Source: the human T2T-CHM13v2.0 reference genome, Homo sapiens
Length of the DNA: 64,000 bases
Strand: one strand, 5' to 3'
Assembly (NCBI RefSeq): GCF_009914755.1
Contig: NC_060938.1
The position numbers were made by a program, and so were the translations under genes. The notes beneath the pieces are model-generated. The model was not told the DNA's origin and ran no database searches. It was given only the letters and a program-made list of their open reading frames with translations. Below, piece by piece: positions 1-12,365 of this stretch; position 1 is the stretch's first letter, and each line of letters begins with the position of its first letter.

Positions 1-2230
1 TGTATTTCATTCCATTCCCTTCCACTCGCGTTGATTCCCTTCCATTCCATTCCAATCCATTCCTTTCCATTCCATTCCATTCCACTCGTGATGATTCCAT
101 TCCATTCCATTCCATTCCATTCCACTCCATTCCATTCCATTCCATTCCACTCCATTCCATTCCATTCCATTCCACTCCATTCCAATCCATTACATTCCAC
201 TCGGGTTGATTCCATTCCATTCTATTCCATTCCATTCCATTCCATTCCGTTCCACTCAGGTTGATTCCTTTCCATTCCATTCCATTTTATTCCACTCCAC
301 TCGGGTTGATTCCATTCCACTCCACTCCATTCCATTCCATTGCATTGCATTTCATTCGTGTTGATTCCATTGCATTCCATTCCATTCCACTCCACTCCAT
401 TCCATTTCCTTCCATTCCAGTTGATTCCATTCCTTTCCATTCCATTCCATTCCATTCCATTCCGTTCCATTCTACTCGGGTTGATTCCATTCCATTCCAT
501 TTCATTCCATTCGATTTCATTCCACTGGTGTTTATTCCATTCCACTCCATTCCATTCATTTCCATTCCATTCGGGTTTATTCCATTTCATTCCATTCCAT
601 TCCATTCCATTGCATTCCATTCCTTTCCATTCTATTCCATTCCATTCCATTCCATTTGTGTTGATTCCATTCCATTCCATTCCATTCCATTCCACTCCAT
701 TCCAATCCATTTCATTCTACTCGGGTTGAATCCTTTCCATTCCATTACAATGCATTCCCTTCCATTCAATTCCACTCGGATTCAATCAATTCCATTCTAT
801 TCCATTCCGTTCTGTTCCACTCCATTCCATTGCATTCCATACCATTCCATTCCACTCGGGTTGATTCCATTGAATTCCATCCCATTCCATTCCATTCCAT
901 TCTATTGCATTCCATTCCATTCCATTCCACTCGTGTTGATTCCCTTCCATTCCATTCCATTCCATTCCACTTGGGTTGATTCCATTCTTTCCTTTCCATT
1001 GCATTCCATTCCATTCCATTCCATTCCATTCCATTCCATTCCATTCCGTTCCATTCCATTCGTGTTGATGCCATTCCAATCCATACCATTCCATCCCAAT
1101 TCATTCCATTCCGTTCCATTGCTTTCGTGTTGATTCCATTCCATTCCATTCCACTCCATTCCAATACATTACATTCCACTTGGTTTGAATCCATTCCTTT
1201 CCATTCCAATCCATTCCATTCCTTTCTAATCCATTCCATTCCATTCAATTCCACATGGACTCTATCTATTCTTTCCATTGCATTCCGTTCTGTTCCATTC
1301 AAGTCCATTGCATTAGATACCAATCCATTCCACTTGGGATGATTCCATTCAATTCCATTATATTCCGTTCAGTTCCATTGCATTCCATTCCATTCCATTC
1401 CCCTCGGGTGGATTCCATTCCATTCTATTCCACTCGTGTGGATTCCATTCCATTCCATTCCATTCCAATCCCTTCCATTCCATTCCATTCCAATCCATTC
1501 CATTCCACTCCACTCTGGTTGATTCCATTCCATTCCATTCCATTCCATTCCATTCCATTCCATTCCACTTGGGTTGATTCCATTCCATTCCATTCCATTT
1601 TATTCCATTCCATTCCGTTCCATTCCATTCCATTCCATACCATTCCATTCGGGTTGATTCCATACCATTCCATTCCATTCAACTTGGTTTGATTCTTTTC
1701 CATTCCATTCCATTCCATTCCATTCCATTCCATTCCATTCCACTCCATTCCATTCCATTCCATTCCACTCCATGCCAATCCATTCCATTCCACTCCATTC
1801 CATTCCACTCCATTCCAATCCATTCCATTCCACTCGGGTTGATTCCATTCCATTCCATTCCATTCCTTTCCATTCCATTCCATTGCATTCCATTCGTGTT
1901 GATTCCATTCCATTCCATTCCATTCCACTCCATTCCTTTCCATTTCATTCCATTCCAGTTGGTTCCATTCCATTCCATTCCATTCCATTCCATTCCATTC
2001 CGTTCCATTCTACTCGGGTTGATTCCATTCCATTCCATTTCATTCCATTCGATTCCATTCCACTGGTGTTTATTCCATTCCACTGCATTCCATTCCATTC
2101 CATTCGGGTTTATTCCATTTCATTCCATTCCATTCCATTCCATTGCATTCCATTCCTCTCCATTCTATTCCATTCCATTCCATTCCATTTGTGTTGCTTC
2201 CATTCAATTCCATTCCATTCCATTCCTTTC
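1..2230 (+). repeat. Family-B HSat3 block (type II landmark at ~1255)
   Basis: Has the family-B motif order: cagttg, ctactcggg, cactggtgtttatt, tttgtgttg, gttgaatcctttcc, ggattcaatcaatt, ttgaattcc, gttgatgcc, catggact..tctattctttcc, cattagataccaat. The same order is seen at e.g. 42400-44500. Confidence 0.75.
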
Positions 2231-5099
2231 CACATGGGTTGATTCCATTCCATTCAATTCCGTTCTGTTCCGTTCCATTCCATTGCATTCCATTTCATTC
2301 CATTGCATTCCACTCGTGTTGATTCCATTCCATTCCATTCCATTCCATTCCATTCCATTCCAGTCCATTCCATACCCTTCGGTTTTATTCCTTTCCATTC
2401 CATTGCATTCCATTCCATACCATTCCACTCCATTCCGTTCCATTCTATTCGGGTTGATTCCTTTCCATTCCATGGCCTTTTATTCCATTCCATTCCATTC
2501 CGTTCCATTCCATTCCATACCATTCCACCAAAGTTGATTGTATGTTATTCCATTCCATTCCATTCCATTCCTTTCCATTCCATTCCATTCCATTCCCTTC
2601 CATTCCTTTTCCACTCGTGTTGATTCGGTTCCATTCAATTCTGTTCTGTTCCGTTCTGCTCCATTCCATTCCATTTCATTCCATTGTATTCCACTCGGGT
2701 TGATTCCATTCCATTCCATTCCATTCCACTCCAATCCATTCCATTCCATTCCAGTCCATTCAATACCCTTCGGTTTGATTCCTTTCCATTCCATTGCATT
2801 CCATAGTATTCCAATCCATTCCGTTCGGGATGATTCCATTCCATTCCTTTCCATTCCATTCCATACTATTCAACTAGGGTTGATTCCATACCATTCCATT
2901 CCATTGCATTGCATTCCATTCCCTTCCACCCGGGTTGATTCCCTTCCATTCCATTCTAATCCATTCCATTCCATTCCATTCCATTCCATTCCATTCCATT
3001 CCACTCGGGATGATTCCATTCCATTCCATTCCATTCCATTCCATTCCATTCCATTTCATTCCACTCTATTCCATTCCATTCCATTCCACTCAGGTTAATT
3101 CCGTTCCTTTCCATTCCAATCCATTCCATTCCATTCAATTCCATTGGGGTCCATTCCATTCCATTCCATTCCATTCCATTCCTTTCCGTTCCATTCCATT
3201 CAATTCCTTTCCATTGCATTCCATACCATTCCATTCTATTCTATTCAATTCCATTCCATTCCATGCCATTCCTTTCCAGTTGACTCAGGTTGATTCCTTT
3301 CCATTCCATTCCATTCCATTCCATTCCATTCCATTCCATTCCAGTTGATTCCATTGCATTCCATTCCATTCCATTCCATTCCATTCCACTCAGGTTGATT
3401 CCATTCCATTGCATTCAATTCCATTCCTTTCCATTCCCTTCCACTTGGGTTGATTCCATTCCTTTCCATTCCTTTCCATTCCATTCCATTCGGTTCCATT
3501 CGGCTTGATTCCATTCCATTCCATTCCATTTTCTCCACTCCACTCGGGTTGATTCCATTCCATTCCATTCCATTACATTCCATTCTGTTCCACTCGGCTT
3601 GATTCCATTCCATTCCATTCCATTTTTCCACTCCCCTCGGGTTGATTCCATTCCATTCCATTCCATTCCAGTTGATTCCATTCCATTCCAGTTGATTCCA
3701 TTCCATTCCATTCCATTCCATTCCATTCCATTCCACTCCATTCCATTCCATTCCTTTCAGGTTGATTCAGTTCCTTTCCATTCCACTCCATTGCATTCCA
3801 TTCCATTTGATTCCCTTGTATTCCATTCCATTCAAATGCATTCCATTCCATTCCATTCCGTTCCATTCCATTCGTGTTGATGCTATTCCAATCCATACCA
3901 TTCCATTCCATTCCATTCCATTCCGTCCCATTCTTTTCGTGTTGATTCCATTCCATTCCATTCCTCTCCATTCCAATCCATTACATTCCACTCTGGTTGA
4001 ATCCATTCCTTTACATTCCAATCCATTCCATTCGTTTCCAATCCATTCCATTCTGTTCAATTCCACTTGGATTCAATCTATTCTTTCCATGCCATTCCGT
4101 TCTGTTCCATTCGATTCCATTGCATTTGATACCATTCCACTCCACTCGGGGTGATTCCATTCAATTCCATTATATTCCGTTCAATTCCATTGCGTTCCAT
4201 TCCATTCCATTCCATTCGGGTTGATCCCATTCCGTTCCTTTCCTTTCATTCCATTCCATTCCATTCCATTCCATTCCATTCCATTCCACTCCATTCCATT
4301 CCACTCCACTCCGGTTGATTCCATACATTTCAATCGGTTTGATTCCATTCCATTCCATTCCATTTTATTCAATTCCATTCCGTTCCATTCCGTTCCATTC
4401 CATTCCATTCCCTACCATTCCACGCGGGTTGATTCCATACCATACCATTCCATTCCATTCCATGAAATTCCATACCATTCCATTCCACTCGGGTTGATTA
4501 CTTTCCATTCCATTCCATTCCATTCCATTCGGGTTTATTCCATTCCATTCCATTCCATTCCATTCCATTCCATTCCATTCCACTCCTTTCCATTCCATTC
4601 CACTCCATTCCATTCCATTAAATTCCACTCGGGTTGATTCCATTCCATTCCATTCCAATCCATTCCATTCCATTCCATTCCATTCCTTTCCGTTCCATTC
4701 CATTCGATTCCATTCCATTGCATTCCATTCCATTCCATTCCAATCCATTCCATTCCATTCCATTCCACTCGGGTAGATTCGATACTATACCATTCCATTC
4801 ATTCCTTTCCATTCCATTCCATTCCAGTCGGGTTGATTCCATTCCTTTCCATTCCATTCCATTCCATTCCTTTCCATTCCATTCCTCTCGTGTTGATTCC
4901 GTTGTATTCCGTTCCATTCCGATGCACTTGGGTTGATTCCAGTCCATACCATTCCATTCCATTCATTTACATTACACTCCGGTTGATTCTATAGCATTCC
5001 ATTCCATTCCATTCCATTCCATCCCATTCGGGTTGATTCCATTCCATTCCGTTCCAATGCATTCCATTCCACTCCATTCCATTCCATTCCATTCCATTC

Positions 5100-7500
5100 C
5101 ATTCCGTACACTTCGGGTTGATTCCTTTCCATTCCATTCCATTCCATACAATTCCACTCCTTTCCGTTCCATTCCATTCGGGTTGATTCTGTTCCATTCC
5201 ATGCCCTTTTATTCCATTCCATTCCATTCCATTCCATTCCATTCCATTCCATTCCATTCCATACCATTCCACCAAAGTTGATTGCATGTTATTCCATTCA
5301 ATTCCATTCCATTCCATTCCATTCCATTCCATTCCATTCATTTCCACTCGGGTTGATTCCATTCTATTCAATTCCGTTCTGTTCCGTTCCGTTCCATTCC
5401 ATTCCATTCCATTCCGTTTCATTCCATTGCATTTCACTCGAGTTGATTCCATTCCTTTCCATTCCATTCCATTCCATTCCATTCCATTCAATTCCATACC
5501 CTTCTGGTTGATTCCTTTCCATTCCATTCCATATTATTCCACTCCATTCCACTCCTTTGCATTCGGGTTGATTCCATTCCATTCCATGCCCTTTTATTCC
5601 ATTCCATTCCATTCCATTCCATATGATTCCTCCAAAGTTGATTGCATGTTATTCCATTCCATTCCATTTCATTCCATTCAATTCCATTCCATTCCATTCC
5701 TTTCCACTCGGGTTGATTCCATTCCATTCAATTCCGTTCCGTTCCGTTCCGTTCCGTTCCATTCCATTCCATTTCATTCCATTGCATTAAACTTGGGTTG
5801 ATTCCATTCCATTCCATTCCATTCCATTCCATTCCATTCCATACCCTTCGGTTTGATTCCTTTCCATTCCATTCCATTCCATATCATTCCACTCCATTCC
5901 ATTCCATTCCATTCGGGTTGATTGCATTCCATTCCGTTCCGTTCCATTCCATTCCATACCATTCCACTAGGGTTGATTCCATACCATTCCATTCCATTGC
6001 ATTCCATTCCATTCCATTCCACTCGGGTTGTTTGCATTCCATTCCATTCCAATGCATTCCATTCCACTGCATTCCATTCCAGTTGATAACATTGAATTGC
6101 ATTGTTTCCATTCCATTCCATTCCACTCGGTTTGATTCATTTCCATTCAATTCCATTCCATTCCATTCCATTCCATTCCATACCATTCCACCAAATTTGA
6201 TTGCATGCTTTTCCATTCCATTCCGTTCCATTCCATTCAATTCCATTCCCTTCCACTTGGGTTGATTCCATTCCATTCAATTCCATTCCATTCTGTCCCG
6301 TTCCGTTCCATTCCATTTCACTACATTGCATTCCATTGCATTCCACTCGGGTTGAATCCATTCCATTCCATTCCATTCCATTCCATTCCATTCCATTCCC
6401 TTCTCGTTGATTCCTTTCCATTCTATTCCATTCCATACAATTCCACTCCATTCCGTTCCATTCCATTCGGGTTGATTTGGTTCCATTCCATGCCGTTTTA
6501 TTCCATTCTATTCCATTCCATTCCATTCCATTCCATTCCATTGCATTCCATTCCATTCCATTCTATTCCATACCATTCCACCAAAGTTGATTGCATGTTA
6601 TTCCATTCCATTCCATTCCATTCCATTCCATTCCATTCCATTCCTTTCCACTCGGGTTGATTCCATTCCATTCCATTCCATTCCATTCCATTCCATTCCA
6701 TACCCTTCGGTTTGATTCCTTTCCATTCCATTACATTCCACACCATTCCACTCCATTCCGTTCCATTCCATTCGGGTTGACTCCATTCCATTCCATGCCC
6801 TTTTATTCCATTCCATTTCATACCATTCCACCAAAGTTGATTGCATGTTATTCCATTCCATTCCATTCTATTACATTCCTTTCCACTCCGGTTCATTCCA
6901 TTCCATTCAATTCCGTTCCGTTCCTTTGTGTTCCATTCCATTCCATTCCATTTCATTCCATTGCATTCCATTCCATTCTATTCCATTCCATTCCATTCCA
7001 TTCCATTCCCTTCGAGTTGATTCCTTTCCATTCCATTCCATTCCATTCCATTCCATTCCATACCATTCCACTCCATTCCGTTGCATTCTATTCGGGTTGA
7101 TTCCGTTCCATTCCATGCCATTTTATTCCATTCCATTCTATTCCGTTCCATTCCATTCTATACCATTCCAACAAAGTTGATTGCATGTTATTCCATTCCA
7201 TTCCATTCCATTCCTTTCCATTCCATTCCATTCCCTTCCATTCCCTTCCATTCCTTTTCCACTTGGGTTGATTCGGTTCCATTCATTTCCGTTCCGTTCC
7301 ATTCCGTTCCATTCCATTCCATTTCATTCCATTGCATTCCACTCTGGTTGATTCCATTCCATTCCATTCCATTCCATTCCATTCCATTCCACTCCATTCC
7401 AATCCATTCCATACAGTTCGGTTTGATTCCTTTCCATTCCATTGCATTCCATGCTATTACACTCCATTCCGTTCGGGTTGATTCCATTCCATTCCGTTCC
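5100..7500 (+). repeat. Diverged short-period sub-array (~250-560 bp monomers, ~6-7 copies) within family A
   Basis: ccaaagttgattgcatg-like marker at 5272, 5632, 6191, 6581, 6831 and 7171 (spacings 360, 559, 390, 250, 340). Most copies are preceded by catgcc-ttttatt and followed by caattccgttc. Confidence 0.75.
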
Positions 7501-8000
7501 ATTCCATTCCATACTATTCAACTAGGGTTGATTCCATACCATTCCATTCCATTGCATTGCATTCCATTCCCTTCCACTCGGGTTGATTCTCTTCCATTCC
7601 ATTCCAATCCATTCCATTCCATTCCATTCCATTCCATTCCATTCCATTCCATTCCATTCCACTCGGGATGATTCCATTCCATTCCATTACATTCGACTCC
7701 ATTCCATTACATTCCATTCCACTCAGGTTAATTCCGTTCCTTTCCATTCCAATCCATTCTATTCCATTCAATTCCATTGGGGTCCATTCCATTCCATTCC
7801 GTTCCGTTCCGTTCCGTTCCATTCCGTTCCATTCCATTCAATTCCGTTCCATTGCATTCCATACCATTCCATTATATTGTATTCCATTCCATTCCATTCC
7901 ATGCTATTCCATTCCATTTGACACTGGTTGATTCCGTTCCATTCCATTCCATTCCATTCCATTCCATTCCATTCCATTCCAGTTGATTCCATTGCATTCC
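7060..8000 (+). repeat. Partial diverged copy of the 2410-3370 family-A segment
   Basis: Same ordered markers: ttgattcggttcc, ccgttcggg, tactattcaactaggg, ctcgggatga, caggttaattccg, attggggtcc, ttgac. Offset ~4.64 kb (ORF ends 2874 vs 7514). Confidence 0.75.
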
Positions 8001-8659
8001 ATTCCATTCCATTCCATTCCATTCCATTCCATTCCATTGCAATTGTGTTGATTCTATTCCATTCCATTCCATTCCATTCCATTCCATTCCATTCCATTCC
8101 AATCGGGTTTATTCCAGTCCATTCCATTCTATTCCATTCCATTCCACTCCATTCCATTCCAATCCATTCCATTCCATTCCATTCCACTCCATTCCATTCC
8201 GTTCCATTCCATTCCAGTCCACTCCATTCCATTCCATTCCCCTCGGGTTGATTCCATTCCATTCCATTCTATTCCATTCCATTCCATTCCATTCGGGTTC
8301 ATTCCATTCCATTAAATTCCATTCCTTTCCATTCCATTCCATTCCATTCCTTTCCATTCCATTCCATTCCATTCCTTTCCATTCCATTCCATTCCATTCC
8401 ATTCCATTCCATTTCATTCCATTCCATTCGGGTTCATTCCATTCCATTCCATTCCTTTCCATTCCATTCCATTCCTTTCCATTCCATTCCATTCCATTCC
8501 ATTCCATTCTATTCTATTCCATTCCATTCCATTCCATTCCATTCCATTACTTTCCACTCTGATTCATTCCTTTCCATTCCATTCCATTTTATTCCACTCC
8601 ACTCGGGTTGATTCCATTCCATTCCATTCCATTCCATTCCATTGCATTCCATTCGTGTT

Positions 8660-11600
8660 GATTCCATTTCATTCCATTCCATTCCATTCCATTCCATTGC
8701 ATTCCTTTCCATTCTATTCCATTCCATTCCATTCCATTTGTGTTGATTCCATTCCATTCCACTCCATTCCAATCCATTACATTCCACCAGGGTTGAATCC
8801 ATTCTTTTCCATTCCAATCCATTCTATTCCTTTCCAATCCATTCCATTCAATTCAATTCCACTTGGATTCAATCTATTCTTTCCATTCCATTCCATTCTG
8901 TTGCATTCCATTCCATTGCATTAGATACCATTCCATTCCACTCGGGATGATTCCATTCAATTCCATTATATTCCGTTCAATTCCATTGCATTCCATTCCA
9001 TTCCATTCCACTCGGGTGGATTCCATTCCATTCCATTCCACTCGGGTGGATTCCATCCGATTCCATTCCATTCCAATCCATTCCATTCCATTCCACTCTG
9101 GTTGATTCCATTCCGTTCCTTCATTCAATTCCATTCCATTCCATTCCATTCCATTCCAATCCATTCCATTCCACTCCACTCTGGTTGATTCCATTCCATT
9201 CCATTCCATTCCATTCCATTCCATTCCATTCCATTCCATTCCATTCCACTCGGTTTGATTCGATTCCATTCCATTCCATTTTATTCCATTCCATTCCGTT
9301 CCATTCCATTCCATTCCATACCATTCCACTCGGGTTGATTCCACACCATTCCATTCCATTCCACTCGGGTTGATTCTTTTCCATTCCATTCCATTCCATT
9401 CCATTCGATTCCACTCCATTCCATTCCATTCCATTCCACTCCATTCCAATCCATTCCATTCCACTCGGGTTGATTCCATTCCATTCCATTCCATTTTAGT
9501 CCATTCCACTCGGGTTGATTCCATTCCATTCCATTCCATTCCATTCCACTTGGGTTGATTCCATTCCGTTCCTTTCCATTGCATTCCATTCCATTCCATT
9601 CCATTCCATTCCGTTCCATTCCATTCGTGTGGATGCCATTCCAATCCATACCATTCCATTCCATTCCATTCCATTCCGTCCCATTCTTTTCGTGTTGATT
9701 CCATTCCATTCTATTCCACTCGGGTGGAATCCATTCCATTCCATTCCATTCCAATCCATTCCATTCCATTCCACTCTGGTTAATTCCATACCGTTCCTTT
9801 CCATTCCATTCCATTCCATTCTATTCCATTCCATTCCATTCCAATCCATTCCATTCCACTCCACTCTGGTTGATTCCATTCCATTCCATTCCATTCCATT
9901 CCATTCCATTCCATTCCATTCCATTCCTCTCAGGTTGATTCCATTCCATTGCATTCCATTTTATTCCATTCCATTCCGTGCCATTCCATTCCATTCCATA
10001 CCATTCCTCTCGGGTTGATTCCATACCATTCCATTCCATTCCACTCGGGTTGATTCTTTTCCATTCCATTCCATTCCATTCCATTCCATTCCATTCCACT
10101 CCATTCCATTCCATTCCATTCCACTCCATTCCAATCCATTCCATTCCACTCGGGTTTATTCCATTCCATTCCATTCCATTTTATTCCACTCCACTTTGGT
10201 TGCTTCCATTCCATTCCATTCCATTCCATTCCATTCCATTCCATTCCATTGCATTCCATTCGTGTTGATTCCATTGCATTCCATTCATCCCACTCCATTC
10301 CATTCCATTTCATTCCATTCCAGTTGATTCCATTCCTTTCCATTCCATTCCATTCCATTCCATTCCGTTCCATTCTACTCGGGTTGATTCCATTCCATTC
10401 CATTTCATTCCATTCGATTTGATTCCACTGGTGTTTATTCCATTCCACTCCATTCTATTCCATTCCATTCGGGTTTATTCCATTTCATTCCATTCCTTTC
10501 CATTCCATTGCATTCCATTCCTTTCCATTCTATTCCATTCCATTCCATTCCATTTGTGTTGCTTCCATTCCATTCCATTCCATTCCATTCCACTCCATTC
10601 CAATACATTGCATTCCACTCGGGTTGAATCCTTTCCATTCCATTCCAATGCATTCCCTTCCATTCAATTCCACACGGATTCAATCAATTCCATTCTATTC
10701 CATTCCATTTCATTCCATTCCGTTGCATTCCATTCGTGTTGATTCCATTGCATTCCATTCCATTCCACTCCATTCCATTCCATTTCATTCCATTCCAGTT
10801 TTTTCCATTCCTTTCCATTCCATTCCGTTCCATTCTACTCGGGTTGATTCCATTCCATTCCATTTCATTGAATTCGATTTCATTCCACTGGTGTTTATTC
10901 CATTCCACTCCATTCCATTCCATTCCATTCGGGTTTATTCCATTTCATTCCATTCCATTCCATTCCATTGCATTCCATTCCTTTCCATTCTATTCCATTC
11001 CATTCCATTCCATTTGTGTTGATTCCATTCCATTCCATTCCATTCCATTCCACTCCATTCCAATCCATTACATTCCACTCGGGTTGAATCCTTTCCATTC
11101 CATTCCAATGCATTCCCTTCCATTCAATTCCACTCGGATTCAATCAATTCCATTCTATTCCATTCCGTTCTGTTCCACTCCATTCCATTGCATTCCATAC
11201 CATTCCATTCCACTCGGGTTGATTCCATTGAATTCCATACCATTCCATTCCAATCCATTCTATTGCATTCCATTCCATTCCATTCCACTCGTGTTGATTC
11301 CCTTCCATTGCATTCCATTCCATTCCACTTGGGTTGATTCCATTCCTTTCCTTTCCATTCCATTCCATTCCATTCCATTCCATTCCATTCCATTCCGTTC
11401 CATTCCATTCGTGTTGATGCCATTCCAATCCATACCATTCCATTCCATTCCATTCCATTCCGTCCCATTCTTTTCGTGTTGATTCCATTCCATTCCATTC
11501 CACTCCATTCCAATCCATTACATTCCACTAGGGTTGAATCCATTCCTTTCCATTCCAATCCATTCCATTCCTTTCCAATCCATTCCATTCCATTCAATTC

Positions 11601-12365
11601 CATTTGGATTCAATCTATTCTTTCCATTCCATTCCATTCTGTTCCATTCCATTCCATTGCATTAGATACCATTCCATTCCACTCGGGATGATTCCATTCA
11701 ATTCCATTTTATTCCGTTCAATTCCATTGCATTCCATTCCATTCCATTTCACTCGGGTGGATTCCATTCCATTGCATTCCATTCCATTCCATTCCATTCC
11801 ATTCCACTCTGGTTGATTCCATTCCGTTCCTTTCCATTCCATTCCATTCCAATCCATTCAATTGCACTCCACTCCGGTTGATTCCATTCCATTCCATTCC
11901 ATTCCACTCGGGTTGATTCCATTCCATTCCATTCCATTCCATTCGATTCCATTCCATTCCATTCCACTCCATTCCATTCCATTCCATTCCACTCCATTCC
12001 ATTCCACTCCATTCCATTCCATTCCATTCCACTCCATTCCAATCCATTCCATTCCACTCGTGTTGATTGCATTCCATTCAATTCCATTCCATTCCGTACC
12101 TCTCAGGTTGATTCCTTTCCATTCCATTCCATTTTATTCCACTCCACTCGGGTTGATTCCATTCCATTCCATTCCATTCCATTCCATTCCATTCTATTCC
12201 ATTCCATTCCATTCCACTCCACTCCGGTTGATCCCATTCCATTCCATTGCATTCCATTCCATTCCATTCCATTCCATTCCATTCCATTCCACTCGGGTTG
12301 ATTCCTTTCCATTCCATTCCATTCCATTCCATTCCATTCCATTCCATTGCATTCCACTCCATTCC
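8660..12365 (+). repeat. Dispersed paralog 1 of a ~3.7 kb family-B segment (partner 24228-27990)
   Basis: Private markers are shared only with the partner: ccaccagggttg (8784/24353), tccatccgattcc (~9052/~24621), ggtttgattcgatt (~9252/~24821), cgtgtggatgcc (~9626/~25195). ORF offsets are 15569, 15574, 15629 and 15624. Confidence 0.88.

Larger units (their letters stand above)
2230..8100 (+). repeat. Family-A HSat3 block
   Basis: Markers I did not find beyond ~20 kb: ccaaagttgattg (2528, 5272, 5632, 6581, 6831; variants 6191, 7171), tacccttcgg (2373, 2764, 5842, 6701), caactagggtt (2871, ~7519), attggggtcc (3143, ~7776), catgaaatt (4461), gggtagattc (4771), ccgtacac (5104). Confidence 0.8.
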
